DNA of 62,874 nucleotides, counting the filler. It is 12 parts of 12 records of this genome, joined end to end, with 100 filler letters (N's around TTAATTAATTAA, not from the genome) between each part and the next. Parts side by side here need not be neighbours in the genome. Positions count along the whole stretch, not along the records: positions 58,308 to 62,874 come from SRR15195285_1532; 11 more parts are not named here. The stretch is one strand, 5' to 3'. A program made the translations under genes and the position numbers. This document shows, piece after piece, positions 62,707-62,874 of this stretch. The notes under the pieces are model-generated. The model was not told the DNA's origin. It saw only the letters and a list, made by a program, of their open reading frames with translations, and made no database searches. Within the stretch, counting starts at the first letter, position 1. The number at the start of each line of letters is the position of its first letter.

Positions 62707-62874
62707 CTTTCATTTCAATGGTTTGCGTAGTCTGTACTGGAAAATACGAGTACCTTTTCTCCACAGGTTGATTCAAGCTATTCATGATCTCAACTCGTCG
62801 TGATAGCCTCGAGAGATCGCTGGTTCCAATATACGTAGTTCCAATTTTTAATTACAGTGTAGATAGTACGAGTT

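Noticed and set aside
1-62874. A Ca2+/K+ signalling or ubiquitin gene cluster spanning the window
   Set aside because: The genes are on separate contigs, so order across spacers says nothing about linkage.
1-62874. Alternative genetic code or stop readthrough to explain broken ORFs
   Set aside because: Canonical introns restore frame wherever tested, and TAA, TAG and TGA all serve as stops.
1-62874. tRNA, rRNA, transposase or viral genes
   Set aside because: None recognised by eye; a covariance-model and HMM scan would be needed to exclude them.

Overview
This window is not one locus. It is 12 unrelated contigs of a GC-rich, intron-containing unicellular eukaryote, joined by 11 artificial 100-nt spacers (N44-TTAATTAATTAA-N44), so adjacency across spacers carries no meaning. 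Introns are short (about 50-160 nt), GT-AG, with a strong GTGCG/GTGAG donor preference, and the standard genetic code fits. The style (PE repeats, many grafted EF-hand pairs) suggests a marine protist SAG/MAG, possibly Picozoa-like, but that is only a guess. Recognisable genes are DHX16/PRP2, condensin CAP-G, dynein light intermediate chain, pyruvate kinase with an N-terminal membrane anchor, a GH28 polygalacturonase, a calmodulin-like protein, an EF-hand Kv channel, the 3' end of an inward-rectifier K+ channel, a secreted MRH-domain protein and two F-box proteins. The most unusual items are: (1) a spliced gene joining a jacalin-like lectin, TM helices, a TMEM129-type RING E3, a UIM and a p97-binding-like motif, a candidate one-chain glycan-sensing ERAD ligase; (2) a related EF-hand-pair cassette grafted onto a Kv channel, an AI-2E transporter and an FHA-PH-TIR/HET-like-TPR protein; (3) diverged non-coding elements and hairpins shared between contigs, several just upstream of start codons, including a palindrome pair with a compensatory change; (4) an epiplastin/articulin-like protein and an EGF-rich 7TM receptor. 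All domain calls and splice models were made by eye from motifs; no searches were run.
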